Source: Raillietiella orientalis (taxonomy: Eukaryota). Taken from it: DNA of 64,000 nucleotides. Made by a program: the position numbers and the translations under genes. The notes beneath the pieces were generated by a model. The model was not told where the DNA came from and ran no database searches. It was given only the letters and a program-made list of their open reading frames with translations. Position 1 is the first letter of the stretch; every line of letters starts with the position of its first letter. The stretch lies in the NCBI GenBank assembly GCA_036172245.1, contig JAYWIR010000004.1, positions 3,162,001-3,226,000 on the forward strand, read 5' to 3'. Positions 26,000 through 39,519 of this stretch are shown one piece after another.

Positions 26000-28900
26000 T
26001 CCGGACGAGGAAGAAAATCCACTCCGGGGTTCACCAGTTCACCATGAAACTTTCCGAGGTATCATGTAAGAAAGTAATTGTTTGAAAACTCAGTAATTTG
26101 CTGGTGCAGTCCAGCATCTTAAAAATCGAAGCCAGAGTTGCATAATTGGAAGTCATCCATCAGCTTTCGGAGTTCATGCTGGTTCTTTTCTTAAGTCGTT
26201 CAAGCGAATAGACCTCAGGGAGAGTTCCGAAGATGCACAAAAAAGCCAAGCCAGGGAGAACCATTTGTCTTTCCAGTATCAAGTCAGGAAATAATTCTTA
26301 GTTTTCAGGATATCTCTATTTCGAAACATCCGCATCATCCTTCTTCGCTACTCACCGCTTCCAAATGATGGTTTCCTGAAGAAGAAAGGAAAGGAGTTGA
26401 CAAAAGTGAGAAGGGGATGTGCATGCAGACTGACAGATTTGCTTGTCGGGTTCCGCTAAAGACTTCTCAGAATTCTTGCCTTGCCTTTTTTTTCCTTTTG
26501 CGTCGTCCAGGATTGCTCCTATGGTGAGCATCTAACTGATAATTCCGGATCGATCTTCGTTCCCTTGAAGGAGGTAGAAGGTTGCAACTCGGGTTTTAAA
26601 TTTATCATCCGAGATGATAAATTTTCTTTTATCATCTCGGATGCTTCGCTTTATCAGCATCGCCTCCTCCGTAAACCAACTAATGTTAGCTTCTTTCTTT
26701 CTTCTTTCCTTCTTTCTTTTTTTACGCACATTTCCGAAAATCGTTTCTGAATCTTCGAAAAAAAAAGGGGTGGCGCTGAGATAAATATGCCTCACCGTTA
26801 GCTTGCTCACTCTCTTCGAAAATATATCCGTTTGCCTCATTCGTTCTCCTTCCGGAAAAGATCCTTTGCAGAGCACCCTGCATAGCCTCGGCTTTGAGGG
26901 CATTCCTCAGATAGGATATATGCAGGTTCACGAAACGGAATTCACAATGGTAGCTCAGATTTTGTTCTGCATCCAGTTTCCAGTTCCTCCCACTTGAAGA
27001 AGCGCAAACAGTTCTGGCTTGAAGATCATGTTGTTGTTTCCTTAGGGGTTTAACTATGAGAAAGCCGTTCTAAGAGAAACTTCTTCTCTAAGTTAGCTTT
27101 CACGACACTGGGCAATAAGGAAGAAGAGCAAAAAAAGATAACAGCTTTCAAAAATAGTCTGTAACTGTCTTCTCGAACCTTCTCATGATCAGTGGTGTTG
27201 CATCGAGACCAAATAATGCAACACACATATCTCATAGATTTCAAATTGCATCAAGAATACCTTTTGGTGCCTTTGACAGCGATTCAGATCGAAAACAAGA
27301 CGGGGGAACTTCCGTACAACTTCATCAAGATCTCTCAGCCAGACTGATTGAACTCGTTGAATCTGCTTCGTCTATCATGGCACATTCATCGATCGCACCA
27401 GCGATTCCGGAGGATTTATTTTTTTTTTTTTATCCACATCTTCCTCGATTCGCTTCTTGCAAAATCTGTTCTTTTGCTCGGGCTCAAAATCAAGACGGAT
27501 CATTGCAATGTGATACGTTGGATCATACCGGCGCGCTGCCCAACTCATGCTTTCATACTACTAACAGTTGAAAGAACAGCTTTTACTCGGCTTTTTCCAA
27601 ATATTGAATCACTAGACGCTTATTCCAGTCTTTATGTGTTTCTACTTGCTTTCCCAGTCTGCTATGTGTTCTCTCTAAAATTCTATTTCCCAACTCTCGC
27701 TCACCGTGTGGTTCCCGCTCCCTGCAGTCTGCATTCTTGAAAAGTGTACTTCCTGCATGCATCCGGAGCTTGGGAGATTTACGTCATTAGACGAGATGCA
27801 CTCTGGTCACCTATTCCTCATCATCATCTAAGAACGTTTCCTTACTTTCCCGTGCGAGCACGATTCTAATATTCTAACGTGTCGTTTGGTGCCGCTATGA
27901 CTTTCAGAAACATAAGCAGAGCCGAGGAGGTGGAATCAGCTCCAGCAATTAATTTGGATTTCGAAATATTCAGTATTTTCCTCTTCTCTCCTTACTTTCT
28001 TCTCCTCTAATCAACAAACCTCGTAACAGTGGATTCCTTTCGTCCTCGAGCGTATCGAACGCATGCCGGAATGCATGACTGTTAGTGTTCCTGGAAAACA
28101 CGACATTCTTCTGTCGTCTTCAGAGAGATGCCACGGGCAACTTTTATCTCAAAGGATCTCCGTTCCAGGAATGCTCTGAGTCAGAATTTCAGACACAGCA
28201 ATTCTGAGATTTGATGTCTTCAATTTTCATTTGTATTTTCAATTCCCTCCCCCCCCCCACGTTGATGCTATACGAATGCTCTCTTATTTCACCGGTCCTG
28301 CTATAAGGTCAGGAGCTTCTCGGTTCGTCGATGCTAGGAATGAGATCCAAGGCAGACGAATCAAAAAGATATAAACATGAGTTTCTTTTGCCGAACCAAC
28401 ATCAAGAAAACATAAAAACGAAGAAAACAGATTGGAATTCTAAATAAAATGCTAGCAGGGACAGTTCCGGTTTCGAAACAAGTCTTGCGGACCGCGCAAA
28501 AGAACAAATCGAGGCTCCAGTGTTTCCCATGCCCAGTCCGAACCAGGACGGTCTCAACAGATGAGCATCAAGGAGATCTCAACGTTTGCGTCAGTAGCAC
28601 CCTGTCTTGTGCTCACCACGTGGTCACCCACGAGACGTGGGCACGGATGGTCGAGCCTTTGACGCTAGTAAGTTACTTTAGGGCGGCACTTTCATATTCA
28701 CGGATTATGGGGTTGAGAATTCTGAAAAGAACGGAGCCTAATGCTCACGGTATGGGATGGCTCCTCTGCGCGCAGCATTCCAATTCATGGAGCCATTGAG
28801 TCGATCTTCTGAGGCAAGAGCAGATGAGGAAATAGAAAGGAAATCGATCCTGCTAAATACAACTACAACGAATGCAAACGGATGAAGTTAAGCTGTGAAT

Positions 28901-29950
28901 GCAGGTATTTAAAGGAGATCGACAAATACGCTCCTTATTGAAGATAACAACATCCTAATGAGTCCGTATTGGAAAATTGAAAATCATTATGTGAGAACCT
29001 GGAAGAAGGGCCCAGTCTGATGCAGAGTTTGAAATCATAAATGGAAAGAATCATTTAGCAGCAAATAAATGCGTCATCACGAAAGCGGAACATGTTGGGA
29101 AACTTCATTAACGGGGTCATATGGAGAAATCTTGGAAGATTGATTCGGAGGAACACTTCCATCTGCATGGCATTGCTGTTTTGCTGTTCCCAAGGCAGCA
29201 AGAAACCTTCATAGTCTGATCTGCTGAATGGCACAATACCGGTCTCTTCGGAAGAAATGCTTTTTTTTTTTCTTTTGGTATAACAGAGGACTAGAGTCTT
29301 CCTTTTAGATCACTCCATCACATACCAAGAGCAAGTTTCTAGAATCTGCTTCTTAGGTGCCGTCGGAAACAGCCACATAATGGAAGCTGATGCCACACTG
29401 AGACACCCCAGAAGCAGAGAGAGCTTTGATCGATCTCTTTTGCTTTGAAAGTATTCATGCCGAAGATGACAACCTAGGTTTAAGCACTTTTCATGATGGA
29501 ATTGTGCTGGCAAGCGCATTATCGGTCTGACAAGTTGCGTCCAGCCTTGAGAAATTAATGCACGGGGCTAGAGGCTTTCAGATCACCGGAAAGTCCAGCA
29601 AAAAAATATCAGGGAGGTGTTTCAGCTGATTCCAAACGGGCAGACAGTTCATCCCTTTTACTACTAACTGTTTGACGGAAATCTCTGCAGTAGTCTCTGC
29701 AGAGAACCCTCAACATTTTTGGCTCTTACGAGGTGTCTTTCAGGCTGCTACCACGAATGTTCTCAACGCAATGATGTATAGAAGACCACAGCAGTGTTCT
29801 TGTCCAGTGTGAAGTAGAAGTGATCGTGCCATTGTAGCTTGTAAGGAATCATCACTACGATCCCAAGAACCGTTTCTTTTCCCCGGAATAGAAGCACGAA
29901 TCGTGTTCTTTGCAAAATAGTTTTGCTCTTAGATAAAATAATAATATTAT
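26000..29950 (+). mobile_element. Nest of decayed LINE endonuclease/RT fragments
   Basis: SDRIY (~26907, like RLDRIY), GAFD (~27266), ARCPTHAFILLTVE followed by AY (~27530-27625, like QGCPLSxxLF...AYADD), and a second RT-like set at 29000-29700. Very degenerate. Confidence 0.35.
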
Positions 29951-31064
29951 ACAAATAATCTAATAGTTTTAAGTGTAGAATTCAGCAGTAGATAGCGAGT
30001 ACAAGCATAAAGCCATATTCCTCATAGCTAAAGCAAGAAGTTGCTCCACATCTTATGCCTATCAACAGATAGTGTATAAACAAAGGTTACTTAATGTGCT
30101 ACAAATAGAGTAACCATCTAAGATCAGATGATATCATCTGTACGTTTTTCGAACGTAGAATTAATGATCGGCTCTATTGCTTTGCATTTAATACTGATAC
30201 TATTTTGGAAAGGAATAAATAAGAAATGGAAAAAATATGCCTCGACAGGTCAAATATAGAGAAAAGTCTTTCAGGATGATGGAATTCCGAGTTACTTCTG
30301 AATTTTTTTTTTTTTGCTGCAATGTAGGATGTAAAAAAAATGAAATACTTTCAAGGAAAAAATCCCGGAACAGAACAGATGTCCTTCAACATGCTGAGAA
30401 ATAATAAATTGCAAATACGTTATTAGTCCGATGATTCACTTTGCTGAAAAAAACGAATAACGTAGAGGGTTGTGAATTTTGTCGGACAACTCAAAACAAG
30501 TGCATCTTCTCCAAGAGGAAAAAGAAATTCAACCCGAGTTTTCATGAAAACAGAATAGAAGGCAACACATACTGGCATAAATGCAACTAATTGAAAAATG
30601 ATACAGACAGATGCTGGTTTATAAAAAAAAAAACAGTGCCACAGAGTTTTAATGAAGTTATAAAATGACTACAGGAGAAACAAATTATGATATATTTTTT
30701 TATTTATTTACTTATGTGGAGGATAAGTAAACACTTTTTTCTCTTTTTCTTTCTCGGAACTCTTCTACTTTTCCTTTATATCCGCCGTACCATCATCAAT
30801 CAGATATTCCTTTGCAAGTAACAAAGTCAGCTTTATTTTCCAATTATTCACTTTATGTCGAATCCTGTTATCTTTCACGTCGAATTCGATCTGCGAAATC
30901 CTTCTGACACATACATTTCAGACATTTTACAGCTCTAAATTCCAGTACCTTCTTACGTTTGATTTCGAAACGACACCATCTTTTGCGTACTGTTTCTCGG
31001 TGTTCCTCACTGCGAAGGTTCCGAAACACGTTGGTGTTGCGAACTGGAGCTTCCAGCAAATTTC

Positions 31065-31463
31065 CTATTCCAAACTGCACACACACGCTGGTGTTTCAGT
31101 GCTTTGGAATGAAACTCCTTTCTCCTCCTCCTCCGGAGGATAAGTTGCGTGAGTGGATGCTACCCACGTTGGAGTCGGAGGATTCAACGCAATGGCAACC
31201 GCTTGGAAATTGTACGGATCCTGTTTGAATTCGAGTTCGAGACCGATATTACTGTACTCTCCTGCCTCTTCCTCTACGTTTCTTTGATATTCTCCTCTAC
31301 ATCTTGTCCACTTTCTTTGGTATTCAGCCGTCCGTTCGCAGAAAGGATACTGGGGTTTGCGGTTTGGAACTTCCTCCGCCAAATTGGTAAACCACACATT
31401 TGAGGACAATATGATGACCACAAGGGCATGATGAGAGTTCACTGTGAATTGTGATGCTGCCAT
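31065..31463 (-). CDS. Unidentified 132-aa ORF with hydrophobic N-terminal stretch
   Basis: ATG at 31463, TAG at 31065; GC-richer than flanks; ALVVIILSSNVWFTNLA could be a signal peptide; no recognised family. Confidence 0.25.
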   Translation of the reverse strand: MAASQFTVNSHHALVVIILSSNVWFTNLAEEVPNRKPQYPFCERTAEYQRKWTRCRGEYQRNVEEEAGEYSNIGLELEFKQDPYNFQAVAIALNPPTPTWVASTHATYPPEEEEKGVSFQSTETPACVCSLE

Positions 31464-32149
31464 TGAACAGTAGACAGTTGACAATTCTCAAGTAAAACGC
31501 GAAAATTCGAACAATTTTAAAAAGCAGTCGAGTTGAAATTTCTCTTGACTGTTCTCCATAACCTTTGAAAGAACTGCCATGTTATTTACGTGTCATCAGA
31601 ATATCATTCTGATTCTGACTTGATTCACCATAAAACAATTTATTCATCGAAAATAGTTTAAAAACTTTAAGGAAGAAACATGGAAAAGTGTTTTGCACTA
31701 AGCTGCAAATAATGAATTTGTATGTCAACGGTTGAAAATTCAAGTGCTATTGTATAGCACGTGCTATGGGTATTTTTCTTTTAAATTCTACGTAATAAAT
31801 GTACATACTCTTTAGCTGATGCTTAGTTTTCGCGATAAGCATTGGAATAAACACCTTTCCTACGACATGAAATGAACACAATTCTTTTTGCGGGGGAAAA
31901 CGTTTTTTAACTCACTGCCGATCACCTAAATAGTATAAATTGAATTGCAATTTCATACCCCTTAACTGTGTAGTAATTTTCTTTTGCCTCTTTCTTCATG
32001 ACTGTATTTTATTTGAATGCTAAGAAGATCGAGCGAGAAAAAAGATCGGAGAACACGCCTCAGCGACATGACCTCTGATCCGTTGGACCTACGTGCTCCT
32101 ATGCGAGCCTCAGGGCATGTTTCGTGCCGTTGTCGTGCAGCTCCACAGT

Positions 32150-32560
32150 GTGGAGGCGTGTCGGTTTTTGCGAAGCAAATGTCACTTGCAAATAAGAAAC
32201 GAAGGAGGCTGCGTGGAATGTACTGTGGTTATGCAAGCTATTCACGAAACAGTGAAATAAGTTCCTGATTAAAGTGTCTACTTGGTGTAATGAATTAATT
32301 TCTGTATCCAAGAGCAAAACAAATTATTGGAAATGTGGAAGCGGTTACCATTGCCATTTCCCCCCTAATTGCTAAGCAGTTTGCATGTCCACTGTTATTG
32401 AGTTGTCGGAGACGACCAATTCCCACTATTTGTGGACCAACTTGTGGTCACGAAGCAAATCATTGCCATTCAGTTATACAACAGGGCAATGTCGTGTTGG
32501 TGCTTCTCTGTGCTCGGGTGGAATTGTCAATTTCGCATTCCGGAACAAAGCTCAATATAT
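32150..32560 (+). mobile_element. Possible PIF/Harbinger (HARBI1-like) transposase relic
   Basis: Across frames: TVVMQAI, VGDDQFPL and FSYTTGQCRV resemble SIVLQAV...VGDxAFPL...FNYRLSRAR in the expected order. Confidence 0.25.
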
Positions 32561-33121
32561 AGATAAGTGTACACGATTACAAAACGGAATCATACGATCT
32601 TTGTACCAAATTATACATAATTCTTATTGCTCTTAAACCAGTAAGTGGCTTTTGAACCTCAGATTTCTTACAAATTAAGCAGTAATGTACTTCCACAGGT
32701 GTGCTGTGCATGCAAGTTATTAAAGGAATATGATACCACAAACAAAAACCGCAAAGGTTTCCGATGCCATATATAATGCAGGAATTGCTTTATGAAAATT
32801 TGCACCTACCCCGGGCAGTTTTAAAATAATAATAGTAATTTCAATACATACGAGTGCACGTAAAACAAAGTGGAGATGTATAGATAAGTAAATTAGTGGT
32901 ACAACCCAAAGCAAAAAGAAATCGAACATTCGATTCAACAGAGAACCAGAATCTCAAAATAGAATAAAATAGCGAACATTACGTACGCTATTACGTAAAT
33001 TCTTCTAAAACAGCGTATTGCATACAAGTTTAGGAATATTTACAACCTTTAAATTACATAAAAGAGCCATAGACTGCAATAAACTGGATAAAAGCTTCCA
33101 GCCTAGTCACATCAAAACAGT

Positions 33122-34718
33122 TCAAAATTCAGCATCCAAAGTAAATGTATGCTCTTGCTTGCTTGCCATTATTCCACATTTCTGATATTCACCCACACGT
33201 TTTTCAAAAAAGTTTGTTTTGCCCTCCAAAGATATATGTTCCATGAAGTCAAATGGATTTTCCGCATAAAACATCTGAAGGAATCATAAAAGCTTGGGAA
33301 ATGCAAAGCTTACTTTTTCTCCAATCAGCTCCCAAAGTAGTCGATCTGCCACAAACTCTATGTACTGGGCCATAAGTACATTATTCATTCCAATCAATGC
33401 CACTGGAAGTGCATCAGTCAGAAACTCCTGTTCAATTTGTACAGCTTCACGAATAATCTGACGCACACATTCAGCTGGAGGATAATGCACAAGATGATGA
33501 AAAAGCAAACATGCAAAATCTGTATGTAATCCTTCATCTCTGGAGATGAGTTCATTACTGAAAGTCAGGCCAGGCATTAAGCCTCTCTTTTTTAACCAGA
33601 AAATGGCTGCAAAACTGCCAGAAAAAAAGATTCCTTCAACAGCAGCAAATGCCACTAATCGTTCACAAAAGTGTGCACCATTGTTTATCCAACGACATGC
33701 CCATTCAGCTTTTTTCTGTACACAGGGTAGGGTTTCAATTGCATTGAAAAGACGATCTCTTGGTAAAAACACGCTGTGAAAACTTCACTGTGCTGTTAAA
33801 ACTTACTTTTCCACTGGATCTCTAATATATGTATCAATAAGCAAACTGTACATTTCAGAATGAATATTTTCCATAGCAATCTGAAAACCATAAAAACACC
33901 GTGCTTCTGGCACTTGTACTTCTTGTGCAAAACATTCAACTAAATTTTCATTCACAATACCATCAGAGGCTGCAAAAAATGCTAATACGTAGGAAAGAAA
34001 ATGCTTTTCTTCATCCTTCAGTTTCATCCAGTCGTTGAAATCCTAATGTTTGGGAAAAGACAGTAAATACATTCTACTCTGAATAGAAAACCCACTTTGG
34101 ATAAATCCACTTCTTCTGCAGTCCAAAAGGATGCCTCTGCTTTTTTATACATTTCCCAAATCCTACGATACTTAATAGGAAATATGACAAACCTTCCATT
34201 ATTTGCTTTTAGTAAGGGCTCTTCTTCAGGGTTCAAATTAAGCTTTGAAACTTCTGCTTGTATGCTACTACTACAGACTTTACTATTTTGAGTGACTTCA
34301 CCAAGCACTTGACTTTTTCTGGCATGTGGATCCTATAATTAATGAATTCTGTACAGACATAAATACTCGAAAGTTGCACACATACAAGACTATGACACTA
34401 AAAATTTACCAAGATAAACTATAACATGCGCTTATGCTGAGTTCGCAAATTAAAATCAAATTCAAACAAAGGCATATTGAATCTACTAAGTAAGAATAAC
34501 ATATTTCGTTGCAATGAAGCTTACATGTTAATCAATTGGCATACAAAAATTATTTAGTATCACTTGACATTTTCAATCCTGTGCAAAACATGCAATCCTA
34601 ATCTCCCCAAAACTCAATGGCCGTTTTATCAGTGTTCATAACTTCTCACAATGCATTAGGGGACAAATAGGAATAGAAAATGACAAATTGAAATTACCAT
34701 GTTTTCTTTGCCGTCCAT
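33122..34718 (-). CDS. RRM2: Ribonucleoside-diphosphate reductase small subunit (R2)
   Basis: Exons 34718-34698 (MDGKENM), 34332-34096, 34042-33807, 33758-33314, 33274-33122. Motifs [74 protein letters not shown] and C-terminal FTLDAEF*. Confidence 0.97.
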
Positions 34719-34780
34719 AATTTCTACAAAAGAACGCCGCACACCTTGAGCACTTAAGAAGAAAGGTACCGAAATATGAA

Positions 34781-34790
34781 ATTGGCGCCA
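34781..34790 (-). promoter_or_regulatory. E2F-like site upstream of RRM2
   Basis: ATTGGCGCCA about 65 bp upstream of the RRM2 ATG. RRM2 genes are established E2F targets; function of this site is inferred. Confidence 0.35.
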
Positions 34791-37685
34791 TTCGACAAGA
34801 CATCAAACTTGTTTCGAATCGTAAAATATGCCATAAACTTATTAGTTTTATTTTCAAGTTTTCCGATTTATTACTCACTTCCTCATCTCATCATTCATCA
34901 GTTTTTGATTTGAATCAGTATTCAGATCTGCAAATCAAAAAAGAATTACCCTTGAAGCACTTCCAATAAGTAAAGAAAGTGCACAAATTATTCCATTCTC
35001 AAAGAATTTAGTGATAGTAAGGACTCCTTTGTTTTCTGTTCCTAGATATTCCCTATGCATTGTATGGGAAATATTGATTTTATTCTCGAAGACATGATCC
35101 AAATAAATTTTGATGAATTTCTTTTGATTACTTTTATGGAACAGTACAATGAAAAAGTAAAACATGGATTTTTTATAGGACAAAAAAATAAGTCTGTAAT
35201 TGACAAAAACTGAAGTGAATATTCCCTGAAATCATAAATGATTCATCTAAATTTGATTTATTTCTTTAAAAAGAATGGATTTGGATATACTATCTTTTTA
35301 TATAGAACAAATGTAAAGCATATCTGAATTTCTTTATTTTGCTATTAGTGCATTGCGAATTTAACGTTGATTAATTGATTCGGTCGAATCGTAATTCTAT
35401 TTGCTTCTTGTTTCAAAGCAATAATAGAATGATAAGAAATACAAGAATTTTGTTTGCCTTTTTGTTTCAACTTCTTTCCATTCCAGCAACAGTTTTTGTA
35501 TTAATCCAAATGCTAAATAAAACTTCTTCCCGAAACAGATTCTATCGTTATGTTTTCAGATATCCGAATAATGTCTTTAATCTTAACTGTGTCTTCGCAG
35601 TTAGATTTGTATTTGTTTCAATGATCTGACAGATTCTGAAGTGTTTTAAAATCAATGAAATTGAGGAAATATGATGAAATGAAATGTAATTGAGGAAATC
35701 CACAACATAGTGAGGACTGACAATAAGAAGACACCCTTGTTCTCCTTACGATAGTTCCTAATGTTTTTATTTTTCATGTTCCGGGCCTGGAAATAAAGGA
35801 ATGGAATGTTACAACTTTCTCTTCGAGTAACAATTCTGTTTTCTCATTCGACCAATACAGTGTTTCCAATGTGTCATTCTGAAAAACTGAATGCTTTGGA
35901 AAGCCATTTTTAAAAACTTTTGTCACATTTCCTCAGTACCTGATATGAGTTTACATCAAGTCCAAGCTCAAGGGTACTCACGTTTTGCAAATCAAAAGCG
36001 TATTTTATATAGATTATTTTGTACATGAAAAAGTGTTTAATGTCTTTTTCATTTTTTCTGCAATACTCATATATGCAATCCAAGAGCCTGAACAAGACAA
36101 AAACACCATTAATGACATACCAACATCCATTTCACATTAGATTTCTGAAATGCATTCTACCAAATTCTTCACTATTTTTTGATGTTCCACCATCTCGATA
36201 TGTGCCAGAAATATACTGTTAAACGTTCAGACATATCTCATTTCTAGATATAAGTATGCCACTGTGCTCTATCCACGTTTTCTTTTTTTAAATCCTGTTA
36301 GGAAAGGAGGCATATTAATATGAATCAAAACTATTAATTTTTGCTTCATGTTCATGAAGCACTATATACGTAGATATGAAACGTGCCCATTATGATGTTG
36401 AGGGATCAATGTTTAACCTATGACAACAGTAAATATTTTGTGCATATAAATACATTTGATGCTCAGCTCATATCTTTTTCTTTATTAAATATATTCCCTT
36501 CCAACCAATTTTAAGATTATTTGGTGTCCATCCTTTGCATCCTTCGCTTTATTTGTTTTATATTCCAAACCGCAGAAGCATCTTCTGCACATATTTCTCA
36601 TTTTCCATTTTGCCTTTATAAATCCTGTTTATTCATTCTATAGCTATAATTTGCTGTTTAACTGTACAGATTTAATCACCAACAGTAGTAAACTACTTTG
36701 GGGAATATCGTATTTTGTTTTTTAATAAAATGATTTTTCTCCAAAACTATAAGTGCACAAGGCATTATTTTCGACCAAAGAACATCTGCAGCAGTCTCAA
36801 TCTAAGGCGATACAAATAACTATCTTCTAGGAGTTATGTGCTTTGGTTTTTCTTCTGTTTACTACAGCTTACATTTAAAAAGTGCTTTATTTTACTGTGA
36901 TGCTGCTGTAATATTAACACATCAAACAGGAATTCTTGTTTCAAATCTCTGTTGTAATTTTTTTTTTAAAGTTATGCCATCTACTCTTCATGTTTGTTTT
37001 GGGTGACCGCCATTCTGCACTATACCTTTTTGCATGTTACATTTTTGCCTTCATATTTTTACAGGGAACAAAATTTTCCTTATTAGAGTAAAAGAATTCA
37101 CCGATTCAATGACATGTCATTCAATGATGTACATTTTCGTTTTTTTTCCCCTGCAAGCTGGAATATTTGAATTCATATTGCAACTATAAATTTCGTAAAA
37201 GTTATGTGTACTGCAAAATTTTTGTATGTTTGTGTACAAGTTTGACAGTTTGTCGAAACAGCTTGGAACGTTTGTATGCTTAGTAAACGCTTTTTACTCA
37301 ACATCCTACCGTTTTTATAATTCAAATTTTCGAGAGATGATTTGTGTTGATCAGAGAATCGGGCGAGCAGCGAACGTGCTTTGCTCTCGTAATTTGCTTG
37401 AAATATTTATAAACTGTACGTGTTATCACGGACGCTTCTGCGTGCACGGTGCGTAAGGCAGTGAGAAGGAAAACTGTTGAACTTTTACCTTTGTTTCGTC
37501 ACTACTTTGTGTTATTTGGAGGCAAAATAGGGTTTCCGTTGCAAATAATTGCATTAAAACTGCTCAAATTTTAGTGAAACTCTGTTTTTCCCATCGTTAA
37601 AGCTGCGATACGCCTTAAGCGCATCAGAATACAAAGAGGGGCGAGTACATGAATTATTTTCCAAACACAGCAGGAAATCCCCAAA

Positions 37686-38508
37686 ATGTCATGTGATATT
37701 CAAAATCAAGAATTTTTGTGGAGCGTTTTTAGAAAGTGAGTATTCTGTACACTTGCACTGAACATCACAATACTGAAATTTATTAAGTTTATGCAGTTCT
37801 TTGAATATTGCAGTGTCATGATATGCATGAAATGCGTTCAAAGGATCAGTATCATAATTCAGTGTCAATATTCTCAATCTCCATAACTCATCTGAGTTTG
37901 TATTGATAAACATTTTACTGTTTCTTCAATATGTAGAGTTGATAGAGATGGCAGTGGTACCATTTCTGCACAGGAGCTCCAAACAGCCCTTTCCAATGGT
38001 ACGTGGACCCCATTTAATGGTGAAACTGTAAGGCTTATGATCGGTAAGTTTTTACTACAATTATTGATGTTACTTATGTATGTGCAGGTATGTTTGATAA
38101 AACCAATACAGGTGGTATTACCTTTCAAGATTTTGGTGCCCTTTGGAAGTACATTCAAGATTGGCAAATGTGTTTTCGCTCCTTTGATACAAATAATTCT
38201 GGAAGCATTGATGCTAGAGAATTGCATCTTGCCTTGATGCATTTTGGATATCGTCTCTCTGAGTCTTTACAGAGAATTTTACTGGCAAAATTTGATCGTT
38301 CTGGCAAAGGAATGATTTATTTTGATGATTTCATACAATGCTGTGTTGTCTTGCATGTAAGTATCACTGCAGTTGTTTGGTTTTCCATATGTTCAATTTT
38401 ACATAGAGTTTAACATGTGCATTCCGAATGTATGACACCGATCTGGATGGTATAGTCACAATATCTTATGAACAATTTCTCACTATGGTATTAAGCTTAC
38501 GCATATGA
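37686..38508 (+). CDS. PDCD6: Programmed cell death protein 6 / ALG-2 (penta-EF-hand)
   Basis: Exons 37686-37735, 37937-38043, 38088-38356, 38407-38508: [47 protein letters not shown]...FGALWKYIQDWQMCFRSFD...FDDFIQCCVVLHSLTCAFRMYDTDLDG..ISYEQFLTMV. Confidence 0.96.
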
Positions 38509-38534
38509 CTTAATAATGGATAATAAATGCATTC

Positions 38535-39519
38535 CTATTGGTTATCGTTTTTCTCACATTGAACAGCTATTTGTAAACAGTTCTCTATGGCAGGATGCAA
38601 ACTTAAACAATAGGAAACTAAGTCTGATGTTGCAACTGCCACATCTGATGCATCTTGGCAACCATTCTGATATACTGTTGTTATTTGATTGAGAGAAGGT
38701 AATAATGACACAGTCATTGTTCCTTGAGCATTTTCTTCCTCTTCTGCATTAGGATCCAAGTGATATTGATTTTCTTGCCAACACTATAAATCTGTATAAG
38801 CAGCATTTGTAAATTCCAATTTACCAGAGAAACAGCAGTTACAACATCATACATGGGAATTGCTGCATGAGCAAGAGCAAGACTTGCACCAGTAATTGCT
38901 GCAGCCAGCACACTACCATCATTCTCTAAAACTGTGCAGTAAACATCTACTTGTGATTTAGGAAATAAGTGCTGTTATTGAAACAAGGCAAAACTTGTTT
39001 AAGCCCTTGGTTACTCCTTGCTTACCATGCATACAGCAGGTTGTAAAGCACTGCATAAAACGCTACTTAAGCTCCGTTCCTCTTCATCTTGTTGATGATG
39101 TTTCCTAATTTGACAGGAGAAAGTTGCATACTTCAACTCGCAACATAATTGGCCACGATAACTAAACTCAGACTTCCTAATAACTTCTCTAGGTCCATAC
39201 ACACCACATGTTACTTTTGTGTTACCAAGTTCAACGTATGAAGATCCATTGGCCTGACTTATTACGCCAGTTTTCACATCTGCGAAAAAAAATTATTTCT
39301 CTTCACCATCTTGTACAAGTTTTTTTGTCATAGATTTTACTTAAGTTGCAATGTATGGGTAAGAGTACATTACTCACATATAGGACGAGCATCCGTAGCA
39401 CTCCTTCCATCCAATCTTGCATGAGTTTCCGAATCTCCTGCTTTATTCGTTTTGGGTAAATAATTTACGTATGATCTGGATTCTTTAGGAATCTCAAGCC
39501 TTTTAGTATCCACACGCAT
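38535..39519 (-). CDS. EXOSC6: Exosome complex component MTR3 (RNase PH-like)
   Basis: Exons 39519-39378, 39279-39026, 38971-38825, 38783-38535. N-terminus MRVDTKRL...ES resembles MTR3 (MPxDxRR); also [59 protein letters not shown]. Confidence 0.88.

Noticed and set aside
20841..28799. Many 60-180-aa overlapping ORFs as host genes
   Set aside because: They lie in GC-richer decayed LINE DNA where stops are rarer, on both strands, with no exon structure.
37649..37696. uORF MNYFPNTAGNPQNVM* overlapping the PDCD6 start
   Set aside because: Its ATG probably lies in a 5' UTR intron ending at acacag (~37670), so it would not be in the mRNA; unproven.
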